Shown here: one piece after another, positions 10,460-20,514 of the stretch
Position numbering within the stretch: position 1 is the stretch's first letter
Layout of the letters: every line of letters starts with the position of its first letter
Source of the DNA: an uncultured cyanobacterium
Lineage (GTDB): Bacteria > Cyanobacteriota > Cyanobacteriia > Phormidesmidales > Phormidesmidaceae
Assembly: GCA_963793265.1 (NCBI GenBank)
Contig: CAWBZI010000001.1
Span: forward strand, 1,376,001-1,440,000
Direction of reading: 5' to 3'
Length of the DNA: 64,000 nucleotides
Notes under the pieces: model-generated
Databases searched by the model: none
The model's input: the letters and a program-made list of their open reading frames with translations, nothing else
Told to the model about the DNA's origin: nothing
Translations under genes and position numbers: made by a program

Positions 10460-11245
10460 ATGGCCCTCAAGACAATGGCACTACCACGTATTTCAAAAGT
10501 AGCGATCGCCGCTGGCATTTTAGGCACCAGCTTACTAGCTGTTACGCCTGCTAACGCTTCAGTCCTGGTTGATCCGTCTATCAGAAGAGAAGGCAGCGAC
10601 ACCTCTCAGGTATCAAACAGCAGCGAAAATATTGTTCAGCTAGCCACTAGCACCCCTGGCTTCAGCACGCTCTCAGCAGCTTTGCAGGCCGCTAATCTTA
10701 CCGGCATCTTAACTGGCGAAGGCCCTTTCACCGTATTTGCCCCCACCGATGCGGCTTTTAGCGCGCTCCCCGACGGCGCACTAGAAACCCTACTTTTGCC
10801 CGAGAATAGAGACTTACTGACTAAAGTGCTCTACAACCACGTGGGCTACGGGAATGTCACTTCCGACCAGCTCAGCGCAGGCGCTTTTGAAACGTTTGAC
10901 GGCACCGTTGACGTCGAGGTTGAACCAACAGGCGTTACGGTAGATGGCGCTAATGTTGTTCAAGCTGATGTAGATGCCAGTAACGGCGTTATCCACGCAG
11001 TAGATACAGTGCTTTTACCAGCAGGCTTCACCGACCAGCTTCAGGCCCGAATGAACAGCACATCTACAACTTCAACAACTTCTAGCAGCAGCACAGAGCA
11101 AATTACTCGAGCAACCACACTGCAAGAGAGTGCAATCGATCGTTCACAAGAAGTTGCACCTGTTGCACCTGTTGCACCCGCAGCGGTAACGCCTCAGCCT
11201 GAGCCTGAACCTGCTGCTCAAGAGCCTGTACGCGGCCTTTGGTAG
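10460..11245 (+). CDS. Secreted fasciclin (FAS1) protein with S/T/P-rich tail ending PVRGLW
   Basis: Signal peptide (PANA), FTVFAPTDAAF, NGVIHAVDTVLLP. Confidence 0.92.
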   Translation: MALKTMALPRISKVAIAAGILGTSLLAVTPANASVLVDPSIRREGSDTSQVSNSSENIVQLATSTPGFSTLSAALQAANLTGILTGEGPFTVFAPTDAAFSALPDGALETLLLPENRDLLTKVLYNHVGYGNVTSDQLSAGAFETFDGTVDVEVEPTGVTVDGANVVQADVDASNGVIHAVDTVLLPAGFTDQLQARMNSTSTTSTTSSSSTEQITRATTLQESAIDRSQEVAPVAPVAPAAVTPQPEPEPAAQEPVRGLW

Positions 11246-11400
11246 TCGGCCATTCTAGGAGCCGACCAGGAACCAACCAGGCGCTAGCGAGTCGTGCAGC
11301 ATCGTTGATCCGAGCCTTTTTTCCAGAGGGCTGAATCAAACGCACGACTCGCCGGTTCAAAAGCATTTTTAGCAGTACTCATATTCTCAACAAGGGCGTC

Positions 11401-11952
11401 ATGAAGTTGCCAAATTCGTTCTCGGCTTTGCTGTTCGCAGGGCTTGTATTAGGAGCCGCAGCACCTGCCATTGCGCAGCAGGCACCCATCACCACGCCTC
11501 GCGAAACGCCTCGATCATCGGCCACCAGAACGGCCTACTCCACAACAGAAGCGCAGTCTGTGATGGGCAGTCAAATTGTCTTGAGTTTGGAGCAGCGCCG
11601 GGTATTTCTCTACCGTGGCGACATGCTCGTAAGTAGCTATCCAGTGGCGATTGGCACAGAGGAAACGCCTACGCCCCAGGGAGAATTTGCCGTTTCACAA
11701 ATGGTCACCAATCCAGCCTGGCAGAGTCCTTGGACAGGAGAAGTGCATGAGCCGGGCGCTGATAGCGCTCTGGGCCTGAGATGGATAGGATTTGCAGCCA
11801 GTGATGAGGGGTCTTTTGGCTTCCACGGTACGCCGACTGTCGAGTCTATCGGGCAGGCAGCCTCTAACGGCTGTGTGAGAATGCACAACGAAGACGTGGT
11901 GGCTTTGTTTGCTCAAGTAGATATCGGTACGACGGTCATTGTGCAGCAGTAG
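11401..11952 (+). CDS. L,D-transpeptidase (YkuD family)
   Basis: Signal peptide; YPVAIG..TPQG, GFHGT...SNGCVRMHN. Confidence 0.92.
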   Translation: MKLPNSFSALLFAGLVLGAAAPAIAQQAPITTPRETPRSSATRTAYSTTEAQSVMGSQIVLSLEQRRVFLYRGDMLVSSYPVAIGTEETPTPQGEFAVSQMVTNPAWQSPWTGEVHEPGADSALGLRWIGFAASDEGSFGFHGTPTVESIGQAASNGCVRMHNEDVVALFAQVDIGTTVIVQQ

Positions 11953-11978
11953 ATGCAGCAGTAGACGCAGCAGTAGAT
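11943..11978 (+). repeat. 12-bp tandem repeat x3 (GCAGCAGTAGAY)
   Basis: Triplication of the last codons plus stop of the first LDT; fills the intergenic gap. Confidence 0.9.
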
Positions 11979-11979
11979 T

Positions 11980-12543
11980 ATGAATTATTCAAGGCAGTGG
12001 CTTAGATATTGTGTAGCCGGTACAGTTGCAGCGATCACGTCTCTATCAGCCGGTCACATAGCGGAGGCAACCGCAGTTGAGTTGTCAGAGCCCTCCGTAG
12101 AACCGGCAATGCGTACGGCAGCTACCACTAATCTTGAATCCAATACCCAAACGCTTGCGCTCAATATAGTCCTTAGTCTCTCAGACCGACGTGTTTCGGT
12201 TTATCGCGGTGACATGCTTGTCTCTAGCTATGCAGTCGCCGTGGGCCGTGAAGGTTGGAATACACCGACTGGCGAGTTCAGCGTCTTTCAAAAACAAGTC
12301 AATCCCGCTTGGGAGCATCCTTTCACTGGCGAAGTGCTGCCGCCTGGCCCTGAAAATCCCCTGGGAGCCCGATGGATTGGCTTTTGGTCGGATGGCATTA
12401 ATTCTATTGGCTTTCACGGGACGCCCGACGAGTCAGTAATTGGTAGCGCGGTGTCTCACGGCTGCGTACGGATGCACAATGAAGATGTGCTGGCGCTGTA
12501 TGAGCAGGTAGGCTTAGATACGCCTGTGACCGTTTTGCCCTAA
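11980..12543 (+). CDS. L,D-transpeptidase (YkuD family), tandem paralog
   Basis: YAVAVG..TPTG, IGFHGTP...SHGCVRMHN; shares YRGDMLVSSY with the upstream copy. Confidence 0.93.
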   Translation: MNYSRQWLRYCVAGTVAAITSLSAGHIAEATAVELSEPSVEPAMRTAATTNLESNTQTLALNIVLSLSDRRVSVYRGDMLVSSYAVAVGREGWNTPTGEFSVFQKQVNPAWEHPFTGEVLPPGPENPLGARWIGFWSDGINSIGFHGTPDESVIGSAVSHGCVRMHNEDVLALYEQVGLDTPVTVLP

Positions 12544-12615
12544 TGAATCCTCGCTTTTAAGTTAAAACGCTACGCTAATAGAAGTTATTCTTGATTTATA
12601 GGCCCTTTTTATAAC

Positions 12616-14463
12616 TTGGCGTCTACCTCTAAATTCTCAGCATTCATTAAAAGCGCGAGCAGCTCCCTGACGATTTTCAAAAACATGCCCCGGCTGCTTC
12701 GGCTAGTATGGGTAGCTGCCCCAGGGGCACTGATTATCAGCCTGATACTGACGCTCACCAGTGCGCTGATACCCGCAACTCAAATTTACATTAGCAAGCT
12801 GATTGTAGATAAGGTGGTGGATTTAGTCGGCGACGGCGTGGCGATCGCACTTATCATCCAATCCCTGACGCCCTTGGTCGCAGCAGGCTTCGGCTTTTTA
12901 CTCCTCCAAGCCGTCTTGCAGCAGCTCGACAGCTACATCACTCAGATCATGAGCGATCGCTTCCTGCTTTTCGCCAACACCCAACTCCTGCAACAGGCCA
13001 CCCGACTAGATCTGGCCCACTACGAATCGGCAGAATTTCACGACATCCTCGACCGCGCCCGGCAAAGCGGCAGCAACTATCCCATGCGGGTGCTGCGCCT
13101 ATCCTTACAGCTTCTAGGCCAGGTAACTCGCCTGTTTGGACTGCTCGCCCTGCTACTGCGCTTTAATCCTTTAGTCTTCGTACTGCTCTTACTCAGCGCC
13201 CTGCCCACCTTTTGGGTCAGCGTTCGCTTCTCCGAGCGCCGCTTTTGGATGACCCGCCGCCAAACGCCCAGCCGCCGCCTCGCTGACTACTTTGGCAAAG
13301 TGCTCACCGAACCTGAGTTTGTCAAAGAGGTGCGGCTGTTTAACTTGGGCAGCTACATGGCTAAGCAGTATCAAGACATTCGCGCTGAATTTAATGAGGA
13401 GTCTAAAGTTCTTGCTCGGCGGCAGGCGATCGCTCAAGTCGCGCTAGAAATTATCTCAGCCATCGGCTTCTACGGCGCGTATGCCCTAGTCCTTTGGGAA
13501 ACCATTCGCGGACTTGTCACCATTGGCGATTTAACCCTATATGCAGGCACCTTTCAGCAGGCCCAAGCCGCTACCGCTGGCATTTTGCTCAGCATCGCCA
13601 CCCTTTACGAATTTAACCTGTACGTCTCTCAATACTTCGAGTTTTTAGATCTTGCCCCACAGGTCATCAGCCCAAATCGCGCTAAACCTTTCCCCAAACC
13701 TATCCGCGAAGGACTCGTTTTAGATAATGTCTACTTCACCTATCCCGGCAGCGACACGCCCACGCTCAAAAATATTAATCTTGAGATCGGCCCGCAGGAG
13801 TGCATTGCGCTTGTAGGTTTAAACGGCTCTGGTAAAACGACGCTGCTGAAGCTACTAACCCGGCTGTATGACATCGACCGCGGTCGAATTTCAATTGATG
13901 ATGTGCCGCTAAGCGCGTTTAATCTCGAAGACTTACGGCGCAATATCGGCGTGTTGTTTCAAGATTTTGCGCGCTATGCCCTTACGGCCAAAGACAATAT
14001 TGGCTTCGGCAACCTGCCCGATCGAGAGGATGACGAGCAGGTTTTGCAGGCGGCGACTGATGCGGGGGCGACAGCGGTGATTGATAGGCTAGAGGGCGGC
14101 TACGATACCGTGCTCGGCAAAATGTTTGACGGCGGCGTAGATCTCTCAGGCGGGCAGTGGCAGAAGATTGGGCTGGCTAGAGCCTTTATGTCGCAGGCGC
14201 AGGTGTTGATACTCGATGAGCCTACAGCAGCGGTGGATGCGATCGCTGAACACGATCTCTTTGAACGCTTCCGCCAGCTCACTCAGGGCAAAATGACCTT
14301 CTTAGTCAGCCACCGCTTCTCAACGGTACGCATGGCCGATCGCATTGTCGTGCTAGAAGATGGCGAAGTGATTGAAGCTGGCACTCACGATGAGCTAGTT
14401 GCCCAGCAAGGCCGCTATGAGGAAATGTTTCGATTGCAGGCAGAAAGCTATACGAGCGCTTAA
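12616..14463 (+). CDS. ABC exporter, fused permease/ATPase
   Basis: TM domain, GLNGSGKT, LSGGQWQ, LILDEPT, SHRFS. Confidence 0.93.
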   Translation: MASTSKFSAFIKSASSSLTIFKNMPRLLRLVWVAAPGALIISLILTLTSALIPATQIYISKLIVDKVVDLVGDGVAIALIIQSLTPLVAAGFGFLLLQAVLQQLDSYITQIMSDRFLLFANTQLLQQATRLDLAHYESAEFHDILDRARQSGSNYPMRVLRLSLQLLGQVTRLFGLLALLLRFNPLVFVLLLLSALPTFWVSVRFSERRFWMTRRQTPSRRLADYFGKVLTEPEFVKEVRLFNLGSYMAKQYQDIRAEFNEESKVLARRQAIAQVALEIISAIGFYGAYALVLWETIRGLVTIGDLTLYAGTFQQAQAATAGILLSIATLYEFNLYVSQYFEFLDLAPQVISPNRAKPFPKPIREGLVLDNVYFTYPGSDTPTLKNINLEIGPQECIALVGLNGSGKTTLLKLLTRLYDIDRGRISIDDVPLSAFNLEDLRRNIGVLFQDFARYALTAKDNIGFGNLPDREDDEQVLQAATDAGATAVIDRLEGGYDTVLGKMFDGGVDLSGGQWQKIGLARAFMSQAQVLILDEPTAAVDAIAEHDLFERFRQLTQGKMTFLVSHRFSTVRMADRIVVLEDGEVIEAGTHDELVAQQGRYEEMFRLQAESYTSA

Positions 14464-14683
14464 GCCATTAGGCGATCTATCGTTTGGCAAATCTCGGGCG
14501 ATCGCGATTATCCGTACTAAAAACTATCGGTTTCTCGATAGGATTAGAAAGGCAACTTTACCACTTTAATTTGCAATGGACATTCGGTTTAAGCTTTGGC
14601 TCGGCGTCTTTGGTTCACTCCTCACTCTTTGGCTCGCCGTCAACTTTTTAGTTTGAGATAGCTAGTGAATCAGAGGTGCCAGA

Positions 14684-15556
14684 TCACTTCCGCGCCGTTA
14701 GCCAAGTTTGGACTTCAGCCAAGCTCTCAAAGTCTAATAGCATTTCACTTAAGTCTTCCAGCATAGCCAGTGGCAGTTCTGATATTTCTTTTTGAATAGC
14801 ATCTGGAAGTACCCCAAAGCGTTTTCCCAGCAGCCGAAGGATGACTCTGGCTTCTCCTTCGGCCTTACCTTCGGCCTTACCTTCGGCCTTACCTTCGGCC
14901 CTACCTTCGGCCATGATGTCCTGATAGACTCTGGTTTCTTCAAAAGAGATGTCCAACATTTTCTCTACCTCTCGACGGTTAATTTGTCCAAATCTATACG
15001 AAATGATGGTGATTACCATATCTATGATGGCACGACTTTCATCAGACGAGCCTGTCTGACTTGTCCGCTTTAACAACGCTCTAGCCTCTGCCGGTGCGCT
15101 CGCTTCATCTAGTGTCGTCAATACCATCAGTCCAACCCAGGACGGTAGCTGCTGGATATCTCCAAGCTCATCTAGATAGATTCGGTGCAGTTGACCGCAC
15201 GCTAACAGTCGTCTGTGCGGATACAGCTCACCCTGCTCTTTACTGCGAGAAGGATAGATGACGACAGATTGCCAATCGGTGAAGCGATCGCGATTTCGAT
15301 AAAAGTAAAGCGCCGATTCAGCAAAGACCCGCTCGTAAAGTCTTTCGTCTTTTTGAAACTGAACTTCAACGAAAAAAACAGCGCCTGGCTTGCCTTCTGG
15401 CGGTAGAATCACACCGTCAATTTCAAACCTGGGTTCTTTTACAGCAACCGAATCAAAGCGATAGCCGTCAGTATCTTCAGGTGGATTAGGCAGTAGCTCA
15501 AACAGCAGGGTCGGAGAGAGCTGAAAGAGCTTGTAAAAGATTGAATCGCGTCGCAT
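14684..15556 (-). CDS. Rpn-family PD-(D/E)xK nuclease (DUF2887 + DUF4351-like C-terminus)
   Basis: MRRDSIFYKLF, IDGV...FVEVQFQKD, (AEGK)n linker, RLLGKRFG...LEDLSEMLLDF. Confidence 0.9.
   Translation of the reverse strand: MRRDSIFYKLFQLSPTLLFELLPNPPEDTDGYRFDSVAVKEPRFEIDGVILPPEGKPGAVFFVEVQFQKDERLYERVFAESALYFYRNRDRFTDWQSVVIYPSRSKEQGELYPHRRLLACGQLHRIYLDELGDIQQLPSWVGLMVLTTLDEASAPAEARALLKRTSQTGSSDESRAIIDMVITIISYRFGQINRREVEKMLDISFEETRVYQDIMAEGRAEGKAEGKAEGKAEGEARVILRLLGKRFGVLPDAIQKEISELPLAMLEDLSEMLLDFESLAEVQTWLTARK
14856..14912 (-). repeat. 12-bp in-frame tandem repeat (AEGK/AEGR) ~4.7 copies
   Basis: CCTTCGGCCTTA units. Confidence 0.9.
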
Positions 15557-15591
15557 ATTGCATAGCCCTTATTTATTTTTGGTATCAACTT

Positions 15592-16458
15592 TTAGGCTGC
15601 TGCGAATAGACGCTCCCAATCGATGTTGGAGGGGCGATCGCCCTTAGAAATCATCTCAAATGCCTTATTTTCTGCCGCTGCAATCTCCAAGCAGGCCACA
15701 CAGGCCGCCGCCACATCAATCCGACTGGTTTGCCCATTGAGCGTATCGCCTGTAGCCATCGCTACCCCAGCTTTTCCTTCAGTACTCGCCTGCACTAGAG
15801 AATTAAAGTCACGCGAGGTATAGGGGCCATCGGTTAGCTGCCCCGGCCTGATAATTGTGTAGGGAAGCCCCGATCGCAAAATTGCATTCTCGCCTTTACC
15901 CTTTGCATCTAGTACACCAAAAGCATTCAGCAGGCTATACGGAAACTGGTCTTTGCGCGCTACCCCGCAAGAGGAGACAAACACAAATCGCTGTAGCGTT
16001 CTGGGCGCAGCCTGCACCAAATTACTCACGCCAATTGCATCCACGGCCTCTGGGGTATTACGTGCGTTGGCATTGCGAAAGTCTTCATTGAGATAAATTT
16101 TTGACCAGCTCGCAATTTGCTCTAGCGGGTTGCTACCTAGATCCGCCTTGAAGTCCCACCGATCAGAAGGTAGCGCCGTTGTACCCGTCGCACAGATTAA
16201 GTGCGTAATCTCCTCGGTTGCGGCGGTTAGCGTTTGGGGCTCACGAATATCACCCACGGCAATCTCAACTTTACCTGCGAACATGGTCTGCGCTTTTTCG
16301 GCGCTACGGGTTAAGGCACGCACCTTATAGCCTTCAGTCAATAGCTTTGCCACCGCTAGCTGCCCCACCCCACCTGTCGCACCCGCTACGAGCACCAAAG
16401 AGCCTGCCTTTGGTGCGCTATTAGCAGGTTCGTTACCGGAAAAAATGTCTGCAGTCAT
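15592..16458 (-). CDS. Atypical SDR / NAD(P)-binding oxidoreductase
   Basis: VLVAGATGGVG, YTIIRPG, SRIDVAAAC. Confidence 0.88.
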   Translation of the reverse strand: MTADIFSGNEPANSAPKAGSLVLVAGATGGVGQLAVAKLLTEGYKVRALTRSAEKAQTMFAGKVEIAVGDIREPQTLTAATEEITHLICATGTTALPSDRWDFKADLGSNPLEQIASWSKIYLNEDFRNANARNTPEAVDAIGVSNLVQAAPRTLQRFVFVSSCGVARKDQFPYSLLNAFGVLDAKGKGENAILRSGLPYTIIRPGQLTDGPYTSRDFNSLVQASTEGKAGVAMATGDTLNGQTSRIDVAAACVACLEIAAAENKAFEMISKGDRPSNIDWERLFAAA

Positions 16459-16683
16459 GATGTCACCTTAATTATTGCGAGCTTTATGTAGAGGCTTTTG
16501 TGCAGTTTAGAATCTAATTTCGGTAAGGTGGCTTAGGACACTTGCTTTGCATATTTAGCGTCATAAAGTTTAATATTTAGCTTGATGTTTAGAACCATCG
16601 GGGTTTTGCCTGGCAGCGACCGAAAAGATTGTCAGTGCAAACCACTTAAACTGTAGGTCTTTCTAGGCCAACCACGCAGAAAT

Positions 16684-18108
16684 ATGCTCCAGCAGCCTCC
16701 TGATAAAAAAGTTTTGATACGAATTTTGAACAATCTTTTTATGAAAAAGTCAGCTAAGTCTGAAGCTGATTCTACCGAGGTGACGGTACCTATCGTTGAG
16801 GCAGTCTCCGTTGTTAAAGAGGCAGCTATCGACAAAGGAGACTCCAATACTAAGGAGATGCCCTTAGTTGAAAAAGCGTCTGCGATTGAAGAGGTGCCTA
16901 CGGCTAAGAAAAAGCTAGCGACAAGACTCGCTCGTTTGCCCAAAGGTAAGATTGCGTTTGGGTTAGGGCTATTAGGAGCTAGCTCTGGGCTGGCGTTTAC
17001 TCAGGCCATGCCAGATTCTTTACAAGCTACGATTTTGCCCGCTCAAACCCGCGCTGAGCCGCTTCGTCAGACGGGCGATCCAGAGGCGCAGGCGGTGCTC
17101 GGGTCAAGCGGGCTGTTTTTGACCAACGAGATTTTTTATCGAAAGATTGAGGCGATCGCACAAGTCCCTCGCAGCCAAACCTCAGCGCTCACTCAAGAAG
17201 GTGCGATCGCGCCCACAGCCAGCGGCCTACCTGTTCCTACTGATTCAGACTCGAAAGACACCTCAAAAGCAGACAGCGCCAAAGCTAAAGCTGCCCAAAA
17301 GGCACAGGCTGAACAAGTCATCGCCGCTGCGCCCCCCGCCCCCAAAGCTGCCGCCCCCGTCTTTGCAGGTACCACCATCGATAGCGTATTAGAGATGCGC
17401 GTTTCTTTAGCCCGAGATGTTGAGGCGATCGCCTTTGCCACTTCCAGCAGCGGCACCATCACCGACCTAGACGGCAACCCGCTCAAAACGCTCACCCCGG
17501 AAACCTCAGCGCTTGCCGAAATCGGTAACGGCATCGTCGTTGATGGCGAAACCCTGCCCACCGCCTTTTGGGTGTATCCCGAAGACGGCGGCTATGTGGC
17601 AGTCGGTAACAGTTGGTATCGTGGCCGCGTTCTTGTGGCTCTGCGCGAACGCGGCCTGATCGCGGTTAACTACGTTTTGCTGGGCGACTATCTCTACAGC
17701 GTCGTCGGCAGCGAAATGTCACCTAACTGGTCAATCGAATCACTCAAGGCTCAGGCCGTCGCTGCTCGCTCCTACGCGCTCACTCACAACATTCATCCCG
17801 CTAGCGATGAATACTTCGATCTTGACAACACGCAGCGCTTTCAGGCTTACAAAGGCATAGATAGAGAGGCGAACACAACTCAAGCCGCTGTGCAGTCTAC
17901 CGCTGGCGAATTCATCAGCCACGAGGGTGGGATTGTTGAGTCGCTGTATGCGGCCTCTCAAGACATTGTTGACGACGCGCATAAAGGAAGTGGCATGAGT
18001 CAGCTCGGTGCCCGAGATTTGGCTGAGCAGGGCTACAGCTATGCAGAAATTTTGAGCCACTACTATCCTGGCACCGCACTAGGACGAATAGAAACCGACC
18101 ACGAGTAG
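16684..18108 (+). CDS. SpoIID/LytB domain protein
   Basis: YLYSVVGSEM, LKAQAVAARSYA, GMSQLGA...ILSHYYPG; start uncertain (16684 or 16741). Confidence 0.88.
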   Translation: MLQQPPDKKVLIRILNNLFMKKSAKSEADSTEVTVPIVEAVSVVKEAAIDKGDSNTKEMPLVEKASAIEEVPTAKKKLATRLARLPKGKIAFGLGLLGASSGLAFTQAMPDSLQATILPAQTRAEPLRQTGDPEAQAVLGSSGLFLTNEIFYRKIEAIAQVPRSQTSALTQEGAIAPTASGLPVPTDSDSKDTSKADSAKAKAAQKAQAEQVIAAAPPAPKAAAPVFAGTTIDSVLEMRVSLARDVEAIAFATSSSGTITDLDGNPLKTLTPETSALAEIGNGIVVDGETLPTAFWVYPEDGGYVAVGNSWYRGRVLVALRERGLIAVNYVLLGDYLYSVVGSEMSPNWSIESLKAQAVAARSYALTHNIHPASDEYFDLDNTQRFQAYKGIDREANTTQAAVQSTAGEFISHEGGIVESLYAASQDIVDDAHKGSGMSQLGARDLAEQGYSYAEILSHYYPGTALGRIETDHE

Positions 18109-18277
18109 ATAGCGAGTAAACAGCTTGCCTACGACTGATTCCAGCAATATTTGAATGCGGCTATCCGAATAAAGCAAAGGGAAGAAGGTTGTGTAAACCC
18201 CTCTAGGCATATAAAGAATAGTCGGTAGAATAGAGGCACAAGCTTCTTGCTTTCGAGAACGTTCTTTTGAGAATGCC

Positions 18278-18802
18278 ATGAAAGAGTCTGGTCAGTCTGT
18301 TTATTCTGCCGAACCTTTAGCAACTAGCCCGGCAAATGCGGGTCGTACAGTTGCGAGCTACCTGTTTTGGCTGGCCTGCCTATCGGGGGTTTGTGGACTG
18401 CACCGATTTTATAATGGCAAGATTACATCGGGATTTATCTGGCTGTTTACCTTTGGGCTATTTGGCATTGGGCAGCTCGTAGATTTGGCTAATATTCCTG
18501 AAATGGCAGAGGAGCGATCGCGTCAACTCCGTCAGCGTAAGTACAACATTGCCCAATTCAACGATCCGGCATTAGTACAGACGCCTCAAACCGGAAAGCC
18601 CTCGCTTGTCATTCAGCTTCTTCAGCTTGCCAAACAAAAGAAAGGCCGCCTCACCGTCACAGACTGCGTACTAGAAACAGGCGCTTCCTTTACAGAAGTC
18701 GAGCAGCAGCTAAAAGAGCTTGTTACGGCGGGCTATGCGTTAGTCACTAACGATGTTGTCTCAGGTATTGTTGTTTACGAGATCCCTGAGTTAGAAACAT
18801 AA
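18278..18802 (+). CDS. TM2 (NINE) domain protein
   Basis: [30 protein letters not shown]-terminal winged-helix-like segment. Confidence 0.85.
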   Translation: MKESGQSVYSAEPLATSPANAGRTVASYLFWLACLSGVCGLHRFYNGKITSGFIWLFTFGLFGIGQLVDLANIPEMAEERSRQLRQRKYNIAQFNDPALVQTPQTGKPSLVIQLLQLAKQKKGRLTVTDCVLETGASFTEVEQQLKELVTAGYALVTNDVVSGIVVYEIPELET

Positions 18803-18873
18803 CTAGGCGATAGTATTTTCGGGAAACATGAAGTGTCAACGTGTTGTTTTAATCAACATTTTATTACACTGCC

Positions 18874-20130
18874 ATGTCTTCTAAAAATAAACTAGCTAAA
18901 GATGAAAACAGCGGATGTGGATGCCTGGGCTTATTGCTATTTATTGGGTTCGGCATTTGGCTGGTGCCCAGATTGCAGTATATCAATCGTCAGGACGTTG
19001 AAAACTTCTCTCCTGAGAAGATAGGCAGTATCGCGAGTGCTGTAATAAATAAAGGCGATCATTCAACAACAACACTTACAGCAACAGAGCCTACCGCAAT
19101 AGAACCTATAGAATCAAAGCCTGTAGCGACAACACCGACAGCTCCTACAGACTACAAATTAAAGACTTCTGTCCCTGCCATACAGCAGGCACCTGCTGAG
19201 AGCAATATAGAGCCGATGGCCTGGCCTACACTACCTGCAGCCTGGGCTAATAAAGAGATGCGGGGCATTTATATTAGTCGGTATGCGATTACAAACCGGG
19301 CAAGTGAACAGATGATTCGCGATCGCGTCCGCTACTACAAGGCTCAAGGCATTAACACCATCATTCATGGCGTGTGGGGTAACGGCTGCACGATGTACAA
19401 AAGCGAGGTGATGAAACAAACCCTTGGCTACTCAAGCTGTCCTAACCTGTTTCAAGACGACTGGCTCGTATGGCTAATCGACGAAGCGCACCGGCAGGGA
19501 ATGCAAGTACACGCCTACTTTGAGAAAGGCATCAAACTAGACGAGAATAGTCCCATTTTTGACCTAGCGACCCAAAAAAAGTGGCTACTTCCAGGCATCG
19601 ATAAAACCTACGCAGGCGTCGATCACTATTTGTTAGATGTAGAAAAGCCAGAAGTTGCAAAGTACTTTCATGAAATTCAAGCAGAGTTTGTGCGCAAATA
19701 TCCCACCATTGATGCGGTGCAGTGGGACGACTACCTAGGCTATCACGAAGAAATATCAGGCGGTGTCGATCGCACCAAGGCCCTAACTGAGTTTGCGCTG
19801 GGTCTGCGAAACGCGGCCAAGCAGACGAATCCAAACGTTAGCTTCGACGTTTGTCATCATAATCCTTACTGGAGCAAGCAATACTTTGACGCCGACTGGA
19901 AAAACTGGAATGTTGATAGAGCTTTCATTCAAGCCTATGACGACAAGAACTTTGCTGAAGAACTTAGCTACATAGAACAATCTGAAGGCATTGCCGTAAC
20001 AGACACTCAGTTTGATCGGCTAGAAGCTTTAGCCAACAATCCCAATGTGAAAAGCGTTTTTCTCTTTCCGTCTGATGGTGATCCAGAGAAGACCGCTGCT
20101 CGATTCAAGCAAACAGTAGGCGTACGTTAA
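18874..20130 (+). CDS. GHL10/DUF187 glycoside hydrolase-like protein with N-terminal TM
   Basis: EMRGIY, EAHRQGMQVHAYFE, IDAVQWDDY. Confidence 0.85.
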   Translation: MSSKNKLAKDENSGCGCLGLLLFIGFGIWLVPRLQYINRQDVENFSPEKIGSIASAVINKGDHSTTTLTATEPTAIEPIESKPVATTPTAPTDYKLKTSVPAIQQAPAESNIEPMAWPTLPAAWANKEMRGIYISRYAITNRASEQMIRDRVRYYKAQGINTIIHGVWGNGCTMYKSEVMKQTLGYSSCPNLFQDDWLVWLIDEAHRQGMQVHAYFEKGIKLDENSPIFDLATQKKWLLPGIDKTYAGVDHYLLDVEKPEVAKYFHEIQAEFVRKYPTIDAVQWDDYLGYHEEISGGVDRTKALTEFALGLRNAAKQTNPNVSFDVCHHNPYWSKQYFDADWKNWNVDRAFIQAYDDKNFAEELSYIEQSEGIAVTDTQFDRLEALANNPNVKSVFLFPSDGDPEKTAARFKQTVGVR

Positions 20131-20220
20131 CGCTTAGAAGTGCACTGGATATCTTCCTCTCAAACTTCTCTACTATCAGATAAGCTTATAGTCAGCCGGT
20201 CTTCCTTATAAAATCGTTTT

Positions 20221-20514
20221 ATGAACGCAAACACCCTTTCTCGCTACGTTGAACGTAATTCTGAAATTTTGAGCGGAGAACCCGTTGTAACAGGTACTCG
20301 CACCTCTGTTCGAGCCATTGTTGGCCTATGGCGGCTGGGTATTATGCCAGAAGAAATATTAGTGCACCTTCCTCATCTCACGCTGGCCCAGGTATTTGAT
20401 GCATTGAGTTTCTATCAAGACAATCAGCCAGAAATTAACGAATACATAGAGCGCAATCAAGTGCCAGATGAATTGGTTCACCCATCTGTAAAAGCAATGC
20501 TGACAAATTCGTGA
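20221..20514 (+). CDS. DUF433 antitoxin
   Basis: ILSGEPVVTGTR...HLTLAQVFDALSFY; overlaps next gene (GTGA). Confidence 0.9.
   Translation: MNANTLSRYVERNSEILSGEPVVTGTRTSVRAIVGLWRLGIMPEEILVHLPHLTLAQVFDALSFYQDNQPEINEYIERNQVPDELVHPSVKAMLTNS

Noticed and set aside
12616..14463. ABC exporter as part of a RiPP cluster
   Set aside because: No precursor peptide or modifying enzymes nearby
14594..14641. CTTTGGCTCG(G/C)CGTC repeats, and CACCGCAAGCG x2 at 4142/4158, as CRISPR-like arrays
   Set aside because: Too short, only 2-3 copies, no spacer periodicity or cas genes
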